Both the position numbers and the translations under genes were made by a program. A DNA stretch of 64,000 bases from Wickerhamiella versatilis (Eukaryota): assembly GCA_030867685.1 (NCBI GenBank), contig JAQOWU010000008.1:2790001-2854000 (forward strand). Reading direction: 5' to 3'. The notes beneath the pieces were generated by a model that was not told the DNA's origin, did no database searches, and was given only the letters and a program-made list of their open reading frames with translations. Below, piece after piece: positions 43,740 through 53,889 of this stretch; position 1 is the first letter of the stretch, and the number at the start of each line of letters is the position of its first letter.

Positions 43740-44867
43740 TCAAGCCTTCAACAACTTCTTATATTCAATTATCTGGTCACTCTCAGAAGATGCTGAGCGA
43801 TTTGCGTCTCGCACTGCCTCCAGGGACTTTTTCCAAGCTTCAAGACGATTGTCTATCTCCTGCCAGTGAGCAGTACTGAACTCGCCAACAGCAACTACAC
43901 GCTCGACACTGAGCTTACTCTTGAGTTGGTTCATTCGAGCCTCTAGCAGTCCAGACTTTACCGCATCAACGATTAGCGGTTCAACCACTGACTCGCTGAC
44001 ACCCGTCGCGGCTGCAACTTCAGAATAAGAAAGCTCCCGTTTCTCAGAAGAGATCTTGGCCAAGGCAAATATGCTAGCCTTTTTCTGAGCAGCAGGTCGG
44101 CTGGTGCCCTTGGCATTGCCATTAGCGACTTCCTGAATTTCGGATACCAACTCAGGCTTTTGCTGAATAGCACTCAATGCCAGAACCTCATCAAAGTCAT
44201 AAACAAATGGGCTTTCTAATGCGCGAGTAGCAACCAAAGGTGCAAGTTCTGCTATGCCCTCCCTGCAGGTATTAAGTACAAACCGATAGGACTCCTTCGG
44301 CGACGCTCGTTCCAACAGATCATTTATACGAGACGCTATTTCGTACGCTCCAGTGCTGTCAACCTTGCTCCAGTCCACAACCCATTTGCTTATAACGTCT
44401 AGCTGTGGCACTAGTTGCCGCACGCTATTCGCAGCTGATGCAAAGTCCAAAACTTTAGAAAAGACCACAAGACGCTGGTGGGCCGACTCATCAGGAAGTA
44501 GGTTGAAAAGGTTACCAAGAACAGCCAGAATTACTACTTGCTGCGCTTCGGACTCGGGCACATCGCTTGCCAAGTTTGCTAGAATCACGGGCAAAAGTGT
44601 GTTAAAGTCCGGAGCTGTTGACAGCACGTGAAGCAAGAGATTATAAGCAGGCTCAAATTCGGTGATAGGAGCCTGCAACAAGGCGCTGGAGCCCTCTGCA
44701 AGGGCAAAGTAAAGCTCTTGGCAATGTGCATCATCAGAGGCAGAGCGTAGCTCAACAGCAAGTGGATACATGGTTTCCTCACCACTTAGGCTGTCAATAT
44801 AAGCTGCTATTTCAGCTATATTGTCGGCGAGTACACCATCAACGATCATAAAGCTCTGACCCGCCAT
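43740..44867 (-). CDS. Eukaryotic translation initiation factor 3 subunit M (PCI domain)
   Basis: EFEPAYNLLLHVL, VLGNLFNLLP, FVYDFDEVL, PCI winged helix LSYSEVA...VEPLIVDAVKSGLLEARMNQ, F...WQEIDNRLEAWK. Confidence 0.85.
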   Translation of the reverse strand: MAGQSFMIVDGVLADNIAEIAAYIDSLSGEETMYPLAVELRSASDDAHCQELYFALAEGSSALLQAPITEFEPAYNLLLHVLSTAPDFNTLLPVILANLASDVPESEAQQVVILAVLGNLFNLLPDESAHQRLVVFSKVLDFASAANSVRQLVPQLDVISKWVVDWSKVDSTGAYEIASRINDLLERASPKESYRFVLNTCREGIAELAPLVATRALESPFVYDFDEVLALSAIQQKPELVSEIQEVANGNAKGTSRPAAQKKASIFALAKISSEKRELSYSEVAAATGVSESVVEPLIVDAVKSGLLEARMNQLKSKLSVERVVAVGEFSTAHWQEIDNRLEAWKKSLEAVRDANRSASSESDQIIEYKKLLKA

Positions 44868-45064
44868 ATGAAAAATCCAGCTGAAGCTGACTCAGACTGT
44901 TCGAGGTAGAGAAGAACTTGGCAGGGCCTGTGTCCCTAACCATGTATGCTATGGCTTTGAATAGAGTTTTTCCTGTTTTTAATATTAATCTAGAGAAATT
45001 AATCAATAAGTTTATACTGCGAAAAAGTTAAAGCCAGTTAACCTATCATCATTTGGTCAACATT

Positions 45065-47077
45065 CTAGAGCTTCTGACACGAGTTACAGTCCATAACCTC
45101 GACAGACCGGTTGAATTGCTGAGTCGACTGAGGAATATCCATTGCTGGATTTTCAGTGAAGAATCCATAAGGATGCAAACCGACGATAATACGCTCTATC
45201 GGCATTACCGGGAAGTCTTCAGGACGCACATGATGGGTCAAGCCAAACGAGTGCCACAGCACGACGTCATCATTGCGAACACTCTCATCGCGATCCACAG
45301 CATCGCGAACACCACCAGTCTCATAACTGGCTTGATTTGTCCATACACCACCACCATAGAACTCGTTGTCCTTATATTTGGTGACCCAAAAGTGGTGGTT
45401 ACCAAACTGAGCACGGTTGTTCGCAACAGTTCCAGGTGGTGCCATAAGTAGAGCTGAGGGGCAGTGAGCAAACTTGTATCCAATTGGTCTCATAGACACC
45501 GGATTAATCTTGTTCTCATTTACTATCTTGACGAAGCGATTGACACTTTGATCGCAGTCAAATGCTGTTGATCGTTCAATGGGAGTATCACTGTTATAAA
45601 ACCCGTTTCCATGGGGATTCTTAGGGCCCCGAGGCACAAGTTTGGTATCGCAGCATTCGATTGTATTCTTGTGGCCATCGATAGCGGGGTCAATACGCAT
45701 GGAGAATATGTGCTGATGGGAGGCAGCCAATACAGAAGGAGCAACGACCATACCATACTTGGTTGTCTTGCCAGGGTCAATGTACTGTGTAGACACGACA
45801 CCGGTGGCACGGATCTCTAGTTCAATATTTCCTGCCTGGTCCAGATGATAGAGGAACATATACTCATAGTTTGCCACGGTCAATACCGTTTGAAGCACTA
45901 GAATACGACGGCGAGCAACACGACCGTTGCCGGTGCGGAAATTTTGATGCTTCATTAGTACACCATCATCTTGCTCGTGCATGCACACAACGTTCTTACG
46001 CGTCTCTATTTGACCGTTACCGTGCACCAAAGTACCGTCGAAATACTTGATAACACCGAGACAGTCGCAACCTAGACCAAGTGTGTTGGCAGCGTAACCA
46101 GCACCAATGTCACCTAAATCGAATGCCTGCTTACGGTGAAGCGGAGGTCTTGGATCACCATATGGGACGGTCATCTCGTTAACTGCGATCCGATAGAATG
46201 TCATGCGACCATCGAAACGCAAGTCATAAAGCACAACACCCTCACGGGGATTGAATCCTACACGGAAACTCCACTTCTGCCAGCGAACAAGGGAACCGTC
46301 AATGGTGAAACTTGGACCTTCTGGCTGAATGACGTTGTAAGGCTTAATATCGCGCATCTGGAGATCGGGCCTCAATTCGGCCATGTAATCCTGGTTCTTG
46401 AAATCATCCAAAATAGAGGTCGCTGGATTCCTGGTGTTGTAGGCGATATAGTTGCCGACGTCATCACTATCACCACCTGTGGCACACCAGTCGATGCGCA
46501 CAAACTCCTTAGTGAAGGCATCCATGATAACGACAAAAGGGAGAGGGCGAGCGTATATATTGGAATCTGGGTGATTTGAATCAGGATTGCGCATGTACAT
46601 CAACCAATTGTGATAACGTGGGATCTTGTGGGGCGTGTCACAGCCGTACATCCATCCATCTGGGCTTAGACAATCCCACTTATCTTTAGGAATACCCAGC
46701 TTCAGTAGAGCCTCTTGAACTTCTGGGAATTTTAACAGATAAGGTTCAGCGAGGTCATTCTCCAAAGCATCGCAGGTCAGGTGCTTGTCAGTGGGAAATT
46801 CCTCGCTCTTGACAACCTTCTGTGCGTTGATATCTACCCAAAGTTGCGACGCTTCATAACTATCAAGGTCGTAATAAACTGCGTATGCTACTCGTGGGGG
46901 CGGAGCAATAGGGCTACCCGCATGCTCGGCATCCAAGTACTTGATCATGTATGACTTCGGTGGCTCCCACACACAAATATTCTTGATATGGATTTGATGG
47001 CCTTTGTTGGCATCATAAACCACTTTCAGAGCTAGCTTGGCCTCTTCAGGAGTAAGCTGATCAAAAGGATGCACCAT
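45065..47077 (-). CDS. Copper/TPQ primary amine oxidase, probably peroxisomal
   Basis: HPFDQLT, VPYGDP, AFDLGD, TPQ consensus TVANYEY, Cu ligands HQH and HHVRPEDFPVMP; C-terminal QKL as a PTS1-like variant. Confidence 0.93.
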   Translation of the reverse strand: MVHPFDQLTPEEAKLALKVVYDANKGHQIHIKNICVWEPPKSYMIKYLDAEHAGSPIAPPPRVAYAVYYDLDSYEASQLWVDINAQKVVKSEEFPTDKHLTCDALENDLAEPYLLKFPEVQEALLKLGIPKDKWDCLSPDGWMYGCDTPHKIPRYHNWLMYMRNPDSNHPDSNIYARPLPFVVIMDAFTKEFVRIDWCATGGDSDDVGNYIAYNTRNPATSILDDFKNQDYMAELRPDLQMRDIKPYNVIQPEGPSFTIDGSLVRWQKWSFRVGFNPREGVVLYDLRFDGRMTFYRIAVNEMTVPYGDPRPPLHRKQAFDLGDIGAGYAANTLGLGCDCLGVIKYFDGTLVHGNGQIETRKNVVCMHEQDDGVLMKHQNFRTGNGRVARRRILVLQTVLTVANYEYMFLYHLDQAGNIELEIRATGVVSTQYIDPGKTTKYGMVVAPSVLAASHQHIFSMRIDPAIDGHKNTIECCDTKLVPRGPKNPHGNGFYNSDTPIERSTAFDCDQSVNRFVKIVNENKINPVSMRPIGYKFAHCPSALLMAPPGTVANNRAQFGNHHFWVTKYKDNEFYGGGVWTNQASYETGGVRDAVDRDESVRNDDVVLWHSFGLTHHVRPEDFPVMPIERIIVGLHPYGFFTENPAMDIPQSTQQFNRSVEVMDCNSCQKL

Positions 47078-47128
47078 GTTCTCCTAGGGTTGTTGCTAAC
47101 TTCGAACGCGCCATTATTATTCCCGCGC

Positions 47129-47371
47129 TATATATACTATCATACGATAAAGCTAAGGGTTAGGGCAGATCCCAACGCGGCAAAATGAACCGAGGGAAGG
47201 TAAAAGCCCCTGTCAGCCGAAATTATAATTCGGAAGTCTCTAAATTGGTTTTTTTTTCATTAAAACGATATATGCAGCAGCTCACACATGGATAAGTAAG
47301 ATCAAACTTTTTTAGAGCACAATAGGCCGCTTCATATTTGCTTACAGCGGTAATTAATTATCTCAGATAAG
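47129..47371 (-). promoter_or_regulatory. Amine oxidase promoter: TATA box and clustered GATA sites
   Basis: TATATATA 47129-47136; GATAAA 47146, GATAAG 47291, TTATCT 47358, GATAAG 47366, consistent with nitrogen-catabolite control. Confidence 0.45.
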
Positions 47372-47874
47372 ACTTAGGCCCAGATATTCTAGGAAAACTT
47401 ATTCTTAAAGTAGTCAAAATGAGGATCGAGGGACCCCATCAGTTGGAAAGCTTCCTGAAGATCACCATGAGGTCGTCGGCTGGCTTTACTCTCACATCAC
47501 ATTTGCGGGTTTGTAAGTTCTAATGTGGTAGATTAGCCGAGGGCGATGAGTCAAGCCGGAGCAAATGTCGACAAATCAAAAGGTAATCGGTGCTTTTGAT
47601 GTTAGCTGATATTTACATGATGATAGTCGATCTTGTTAACTAAGTTGCTCGTATTCACGCTCCACAAGCTACCTTGGATTTCATATAATTATGCCACTAA
47701 CTTTGCGGAAATATGCCTTTAGTGAAAAAAAAATACAGCAGCTCTTAGTTTGTGGACATTGGTTGGAAAATGCTTAACTTACTTACCTATAGGCCTGCTT
47801 TGAATGGTTAATTGCGGCTGGCTACGGTAAAGAACCTACTGTCACATCCCGAGGTTGATGACTGTACCTAGTCT

Positions 47875-49296
47875 ATGCTCGGGGGTCCTCTATGGAATAA
47901 CGTCCTAATTCTGGATAAAGGCACTTGGGAGGATGTGCACACTGCAGCCAGTGCAATACGTGATAGACTTGTAACGCAATTACTTGGTCGCCACGTGGTG
48001 CCTGTTACGCAAGGGCTTGAATATTGGAAGAACTTGAATTGGGGGGTTTATTGGGTACAGACCTTACCTTTTCGCCTTCTCAATGTCAATGTAAGAGGAA
48101 TAAAAAATGCCTTTGCTCATATAGTGGAGAAAGCGCCCGATTCTTTGTACTTAAAGCTTCTTTACGGCTGGCGAACCATATCCGCATTGATTTCAGCCCC
48201 CGTGGCAAGAGATGTTCGAACAAATGTCGAACGGCTGGAAAAAGAATTTAGCTTTATTTCATTTCGTGTTGGAGAGCTCGTCTCCGCTGAAAGCACCGAA
48301 GACCTTTTAGACAGGTTGTATAGCGTTGCAAATATACCGCAGCATCAAGCAGATGGTACCCCAGAAGAAGCGGTGATAAAATTACAAGGGGTGCTCGATT
48401 ATATTTCGGATGACAAGGGTGCCAGAAGTTGCAAACCTCTAATGGCTGTGCGGTGGTGGCCTGCCTGGGCTCTGTTTGCGATCTCTACATGGTATATTAC
48501 AGGATCTTGGCAAGACTTCCTGAATTGGTTAGATGTTTCAGTGCTGGAGACGTTTAAGGACTTTTGGCGCAATTGGATCTTGGAGCCGCTTTATCGTATA
48601 TATCTTGTGATCAGACACGATCCAAATGGAAGGGTTGCGCTTATGGCAAGGGGTTCTTTAGAATCTGATGTTGCATCCTTAGAAAGGATGATCACAGAAT
48701 TTGTCGCTGACACTAACCCCGGGGCCGATGTCAGTTCAGTGGGATCAGCGGTTCGAAGTGGCGATATGACACCAGTGTTACTGGCGTATGAACGGCAAAT
48801 TTCTCACCCCATTTTGCCCTTGTTGAAAGGTGAACTATTGAGGACCCTACTCATCCAGGTCCAGAAAACGAAGGTTGATGCTGAGGTAGCTTTGAGTGGT
48901 ATCGACAATCTCTTGGAAAGTCAACAGCTTGTTTTTGGTCTTGTCGCTGCACTTCCGGCATTGGCAGTAGCATGGGCTACAGTATCCGCGTTACTGAAGA
49001 ATATTTTGGGTGCTCCTATACGCTTATCAAGGGTAAGGAGGCTGCGAAAGGCTCAATTTTTGGCCAGACTCGGCAATATCGATGCTATTCTCGATAAGTC
49101 TGACGCTCAATTAGGATTTGAAGCAATTGGTGCTATCTGGTGTGAAGTATCCTTACTGCGAAGAGACATAGACTCATCCGATTTCTCTTCTGAACGTAGA
49201 GCACAATTGCTCAACGATTTAGATAGACTGTTGACCATACGACAACAATCTCAAGCACTCACAACCATGGACAGAATTTACATAAAATATGGTTGA
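47875..49296 (+). CDS. NCA2: Nuclear control of ATPase protein Nca2
   Basis: VRWWP, FWRNWILEP, IRHD, SLESDVASLERM, LLIQVQKTKVDAEVALSGIDNLLESQQLVFGLV. Confidence 0.88.
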   Translation: MLGGPLWNNVLILDKGTWEDVHTAASAIRDRLVTQLLGRHVVPVTQGLEYWKNLNWGVYWVQTLPFRLLNVNVRGIKNAFAHIVEKAPDSLYLKLLYGWRTISALISAPVARDVRTNVERLEKEFSFISFRVGELVSAESTEDLLDRLYSVANIPQHQADGTPEEAVIKLQGVLDYISDDKGARSCKPLMAVRWWPAWALFAISTWYITGSWQDFLNWLDVSVLETFKDFWRNWILEPLYRIYLVIRHDPNGRVALMARGSLESDVASLERMITEFVADTNPGADVSSVGSAVRSGDMTPVLLAYERQISHPILPLLKGELLRTLLIQVQKTKVDAEVALSGIDNLLESQQLVFGLVAALPALAVAWATVSALLKNILGAPIRLSRVRRLRKAQFLARLGNIDAILDKSDAQLGFEAIGAIWCEVSLLRRDIDSSDFSSERRAQLLNDLDRLLTIRQQSQALTTMDRIYIKYG

Positions 49297-49440
49297 TTTA
49301 AATTCAATGCGTTTCTACATAAGTAATAAAATTCTAAGCGTAGACAGAGAACCATTTCTAATGCTCGCTAGAATGTCTCAGAGTCGCTGCATATCGGAAC
49401 CGAATTAACTCCTGTTGCATTACTAACACTTTATCACGGA

Positions 49441-50253
49441 ATGCCTTCTCAACAAGTCCCGGACACCATTCATGAAGTCTTAGAGAAACTGACACTTCTG
49501 AGTAAAGAGAATGTCCTGAATAGTGACGAGTACGGCAAGATTTCAAGTACATTGCGATCTAAGCTGCCTCCACCCCCACCGCCTCCCACAAAGTCGGAAA
49601 AATCAGGCAATATCGTCAAGGCACTTTACAATTTCGAGCCTCAGCATTCTGAAGATCTTGTACTTCGAGAAGGCATGCAGATCGAAGTGATCGAGCAGTT
49701 GAGTGAGTATTGGTGGCGTGGTAAAGTAGTTGGCTCATCAGCTGCAGGTGTATTTCCGAGCAATTATGTTGAGAAGGTCTCCAATGGGGACTCTACGCCA
49801 AAACAAGAATCAAAGCCACAACCATCTAGAGCTGACTCGGGTACCCCACCCCCTAGTTACTATGGACAGGCGAGTAATCACCAGTCGTCAGACGGACCTA
49901 AGCCGTTCAATGGTCAGACATTTGGTGAAGTCTCCCATGAAAAACAGGACTATGGGGCTCCTCCAGCGTCCTGGCAACAGCCCCCAGCCCCGTCTTGGGT
50001 GGGTCAGGCAGGACCTCAACAGAACTCCAATTATTATCCTCCCCCTCAGCAGCAATATTATTACCCGCCTCAGCAACAGGCATTTCCTGCGCAGCCACAG
50101 CCACAGCCACAATCACAACCACAGCCGCAGCAGTCACAATCTAACAGTCACCACCACCATAAGCTAGGCAACCTGGGGAGACGCTTTGGCGACTCTGTTA
50201 TGTTTGGTGCTGGTGCCACGCTTGGTTCCGATATGATCAATAAAATCTTTTAA
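49441..50253 (+). CDS. PIN3: SH3-domain Las17-binding protein Pin3/Lsb1 with Q/P-rich region
   Basis: SH3 (ALYNFE...DL...WWRG...GVFPSNYV), PPPSY PY motif, Q-rich tract, conserved tail FGDSVMFGAGATLGSDMINKIF. Confidence 0.88.
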   Translation: MPSQQVPDTIHEVLEKLTLLSKENVLNSDEYGKISSTLRSKLPPPPPPPTKSEKSGNIVKALYNFEPQHSEDLVLREGMQIEVIEQLSEYWWRGKVVGSSAAGVFPSNYVEKVSNGDSTPKQESKPQPSRADSGTPPPSYYGQASNHQSSDGPKPFNGQTFGEVSHEKQDYGAPPASWQQPPAPSWVGQAGPQQNSNYYPPPQQQYYYPPQQQAFPAQPQPQPQSQPQPQQSQSNSHHHHKLGNLGRRFGDSVMFGAGATLGSDMINKIF

Positions 50254-50441
50254 TTGCATTACTAGAATTCTATCTAACGTTCGAAAATATACATTCCTTG
50301 GATACAAGAATCCGGTCTGTTTGGTAGTGACCCCGGTCCTGATCCTTTAGTAATCGCTGCCAAATCCGTTGGCTGAAGTGGTGTGTATATAATCATTAGT
50401 TGCGGCAACCTAGCAACTTAACAGAGGTCCTGAAACCGAAT

Positions 50442-50621
50442 ATGTCGGAAAAAGCACCACAGCAACAGCCGCCGCCGCAGCAAGCACCACCACAAGAACA
50501 ACATCACCACCATGGTATAGGCAAGGCCGCCAAGGGTCTTGCGAAAAAGTTCGGTGATTCAGTGATGTTCGGTGCTGGTGCAACACTAGGATCAGATATT
50601 ATGCGCAAGTTGGGTGGTTAA
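50442..50621 (+). CDS. 59-aa mini-paralogue of the Pin3 C-terminal tail
   Basis: Q/P/H-rich leader plus FGDSVMFGAGATLGSD, identical to the upstream gene at protein level but with synonymous codon differences; own TATA (TATATAA about 50386). Confidence 0.75.
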   Translation: MSEKAPQQQPPPQQAPPQEQHHHHGIGKAAKGLAKKFGDSVMFGAGATLGSDIMRKLGG

Positions 50622-50812
50622 GAGGTTGAACGTGTAGGCAAGCCAAAAATACCTTATTGCTTGCCATGATATATTATCCCCATGAATTTTTCGATGCCTT
50701 TTTGCATCTACTTATGTCTAGTTATATTATAGTTATTATTATGTATTGATTCTCTATACTTCGTTGAGGGAGGGGGTGTGGCTATTGGAACAGGCTGCCC
50801 GTCAAACTGCTT

Positions 50813-52111
50813 ATGAGAACTGTCGCAGCGGTTTTCGGGGCGTGTGCTACTGCCTCGCTGGCATCGATATTAGCGACCCTGTGGTTTGTTCAACCCCCAA
50901 AAAAAGATGTTAAAAGGAAAAACTCATCTGAGTGGCCTCAAGAGATAGTTGACGAGCAACAAGCACGAAGTAGAGCTTTTCTCAGGGATGAGGGAATGGA
51001 CAAACTTCGGCGCTCCACAGTCGTAATAGTTGGTGCAGGTGGGGTGGGGTCTTGGGTTGCAACTATGCTTGTACGTACCGGTGTTGGGAAGGTTAGGATT
51101 ATTGACTTTGATCAAGTGACACTAAGTTCCTTGAACCGTCATGCCACGGCCACCCTGGCTGATGTAGGGACCCCAAAAGTTAATTGTGTGGCTAAATTTC
51201 TCACAGCTGTAGCGCCTTGGGTGACCATAGAGCCAATAATTTCTTTGTGGACGAAAGATCACGCCCATCTTCTCGATGGTGCCGACTACGTTGTTGACTG
51301 CATAGATAACATTGAGACGAAGGTGGACTTACTGGCACACTGCTACCATAATAAAATACCAGTTATTGCATCTATGGGAGCGGGCTGTAAAGGGGATCCC
51401 ACACGGGTGGACATCCGGGATATCTCCCAAACTATTGAGGACCCATTATCTCGGGTGACGCGCGTAAAATTGCGTTTCAAAGGAATCAGTACCGGGATCC
51501 CTGTGGTATTTAGTAGCGAAAAGCCTGGGCCAGATAAGGCTAAGCTCTTGGATATTGCTGATAAAGAGCTGGAAAAAGGTGAAGTGGGTGAGTTATCGGT
51601 CCTTCAAGACTTCAGGGTGCGTATTTTACCGGTTTTGGGACCTATGCCAGCACTATTTGGTCTTACAATCGCCACACATCTATTGACCTGGCTCGGCGGC
51701 TATCATAGTGTGTATGATCCAGTTCAAGGTGGCTATCCCTTGGTCCCCAAGAATCGTCATAAGCTACATGACTCTCTATTTCACAGTCTTATCGGCCAAT
51801 TTGCACGACTCAAGACCCCAGAGGCAAGAAAAACGACCCTCAGCGTCGAAGACGCTGCATACATATTGGATGAGGTCTGGCGGGGAAAAACGATTACTGG
51901 CCAGTGCAATCATATCAGGCTGACCTTATGGGACCCCGCGGGACCACGAGATGTTACAAATATTATACCCATGAATTCGGAACAGGCCACACGACATGAA
52001 CAGTTAGTGCTCAAGGAAGGAAAGGCCCTATCTGACGTGTGGCCGCAGGAAGTATTGGAGACCGTGGCAAAACGCCAAGAACTTAATCAATGGTACCTTA
52101 ATTTTCGCTAG
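50813..52111 (+). CDS. TCD2: tRNA threonylcarbamoyladenosine dehydratase (ThiF/E1-like, ct6A), Tcd1/Tcd2 family
   Basis: N-terminal TM, VGAGGVGSW, IDFDQVTLSSLNRHA, DCIDN, DPLSR, VVFSSEKP, FRVRILPVLG; TCD1 vs TCD2 not resolvable. Confidence 0.88.
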   Translation: MRTVAAVFGACATASLASILATLWFVQPPKKDVKRKNSSEWPQEIVDEQQARSRAFLRDEGMDKLRRSTVVIVGAGGVGSWVATMLVRTGVGKVRIIDFDQVTLSSLNRHATATLADVGTPKVNCVAKFLTAVAPWVTIEPIISLWTKDHAHLLDGADYVVDCIDNIETKVDLLAHCYHNKIPVIASMGAGCKGDPTRVDIRDISQTIEDPLSRVTRVKLRFKGISTGIPVVFSSEKPGPDKAKLLDIADKELEKGEVGELSVLQDFRVRILPVLGPMPALFGLTIATHLLTWLGGYHSVYDPVQGGYPLVPKNRHKLHDSLFHSLIGQFARLKTPEARKTTLSVEDAAYILDEVWRGKTITGQCNHIRLTLWDPAGPRDVTNIIPMNSEQATRHEQLVLKEGKALSDVWPQEVLETVAKRQELNQWYLNFR

Positions 52112-52154
52112 TTAATATGTATAGTATCTATTACATGGCATCGCCTGCGACACC

Positions 52155-53102
52155 TTAAATTCGACATATGGTCTTCATCCGTTCGTACACCAGGAACGAG
52201 CACGCAAACATCGGTGCGATTTTCATATAACCTATTGATAAACCGACAAAAAATGCTCTGATTCCACCCTCTGCATATATTGCCTTGACTGTATTCATGA
52301 GGGTTAATTTGCTTTTGGTAATTCCCGCCACTTGCATTCTTCTCCGCACAACTTCAAGTGGATAGGCAGACGTTTGAGCCAGGACGCCGCTGAGGCCACC
52401 AGCAATAAGCTGCGCCCAGTTGTGCAATGGTTTTTTTCCGGTGATACGAGAGGTTCGTGCCTGCCAATTAACCGCATAGCTGTGCAGCCACTCATTTCTA
52501 AAAATATCATGTAGAATATCATGCGCAAGGAAAGAAACTCCAGCGTAGGGTATTACCCCCAGAAGGGTGGGAAAAAATCCTGAATACAAGTTCAAGATCT
52601 TTTTCGATCCGCCGTCCTCTTCCAAAATTGCCCTCACAGTGTGGAACAACCGGTGCTCCTGAAATTCGTTCCCGCGATAAGCTATCTGGACCCGTATTAC
52701 ATCCAGCGGGTAGGTAAACAATACCGAGCACAGACCTGCAAGTGATCCGGTCAAAAAGCGTCGGACGTGTGTTTCATGATCATTGGAGGAAATGATAACG
52801 CCTCTGATTTGCTCATATGCCACAAACTTGACAGCGGCATAGGGAAACACCCGTAAGAGAGTTGCACTGTGACCTCTTAGCAGCCCAAATACACCCTCTG
52901 TCCGCGTTATATAGCGAATAGACCGGGGGAGTCCCAACAGGGTACCTGCCCACTGCTGAAACTCAGGATTTTTTGTCTGGAACAAGATCTTTACTCGATC
53001 AAGTGGTGCTATTAGTGTCTTAGCAGCACAGCCTGCTACACCTCCTGATATTGCAGAACGAAATACATAGTCTAGATTCTGCCGATCAGTCGGTGGAGGC
53101 AT
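52155..53102 (-). CDS. LEU5: Mitochondrial coenzyme A carrier
   Basis: Three carrier repeats (APLDRVKILFQT, YPLDVIRV, YPLEVVRRRMQ); GHSATLLRVFPYAAVKF and GLSIGYMK typical of Leu5. Confidence 0.88.
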   Translation of the reverse strand: MPPPTDRQNLDYVFRSAISGGVAGCAAKTLIAPLDRVKILFQTKNPEFQQWAGTLLGLPRSIRYITRTEGVFGLLRGHSATLLRVFPYAAVKFVAYEQIRGVIISSNDHETHVRRFLTGSLAGLCSVLFTYPLDVIRVQIAYRGNEFQEHRLFHTVRAILEEDGGSKKILNLYSGFFPTLLGVIPYAGVSFLAHDILHDIFRNEWLHSYAVNWQARTSRITGKKPLHNWAQLIAGGLSGVLAQTSAYPLEVVRRRMQVAGITKSKLTLMNTVKAIYAEGGIRAFFVGLSIGYMKIAPMFACSFLVYERMKTICRI

Positions 53103-53421
53103 ACATACAAGCAAGACAATATGTCTCTGTCTTGATTAGATAAGACATTTCCACCCCATATAGTAATATCTCAGGCTTATTGGTGTCCTCATGATGCTGC
53201 ATGATCTATTAGTGTTTAGGAAGCATTTGTGCTTTTTATGTAGCAGGATCATAATTATTCTATGGACGTGGACAACACAGTTGTTCGCTCGTCAACGGTT
53301 CCTCTCCTTTTGTCGAACCCCGCCTCCGCGAGATCGGCCGAAGGATAAATAAATCTATATATGAAAAATTGCTGGAGGCAAACTTAGACTGTGAAAACTA
53401 CAAATCCTAGTATTAAGAAGC

Positions 53422-53889
53422 CTACTCGTACAGCCACTCAGCGAAAGCAGACTTGTAACGGAAAACTTCCTCCTTCTTGAACCACAAGTCAATCTCGCGC
53501 TTGGCGGACTCAACAGAGTCAGATCCGTGAGCAACGTTGCGGCCAACCTCGATGGAGTAGTCACCACGGACGGTACCGGGGGCAGAGGCAAGTGGGTTGG
53601 TGGCACCGAGGATGGTACGACCAGCCTTAACAACGTCCTTACCCTCCCAGACGCTGGCAACAGTAGGACCAGACATCATGTATTTCTTGAGACCGGGGAA
53701 GAAGGGCTTCGAGGTCAGATCAGAGTAGTGGGTGTCAAGGAGATCAGAGTCGGCCCAGACCATCTTCAAGGCGATCAGCTTGTAGCCCTTGTTGCTGAAA
53801 CGGCTCAGGATATCCCAGGTGAGACCGCGTGCAACGGCATCGGGCTTGCAAAGGATCAAAGTGGCCTCAGAAAACTTTTCGTCAGACAT
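53422..53889 (-). CDS. YNK1: Nucleoside diphosphate kinase
   Basis: KPDAVARGL, HY.DL..KPFF, GATNP, PGTVRGD, active-site RNVAHGSDS. Confidence 0.96.
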   Translation of the reverse strand: MSDEKFSEATLILCKPDAVARGLTWDILSRFSNKGYKLIALKMVWADSDLLDTHYSDLTSKPFFPGLKKYMMSGPTVASVWEGKDVVKAGRTILGATNPLASAPGTVRGDYSIEVGRNVAHGSDSVESAKREIDLWFKKEEVFRYKSAFAEWLYE

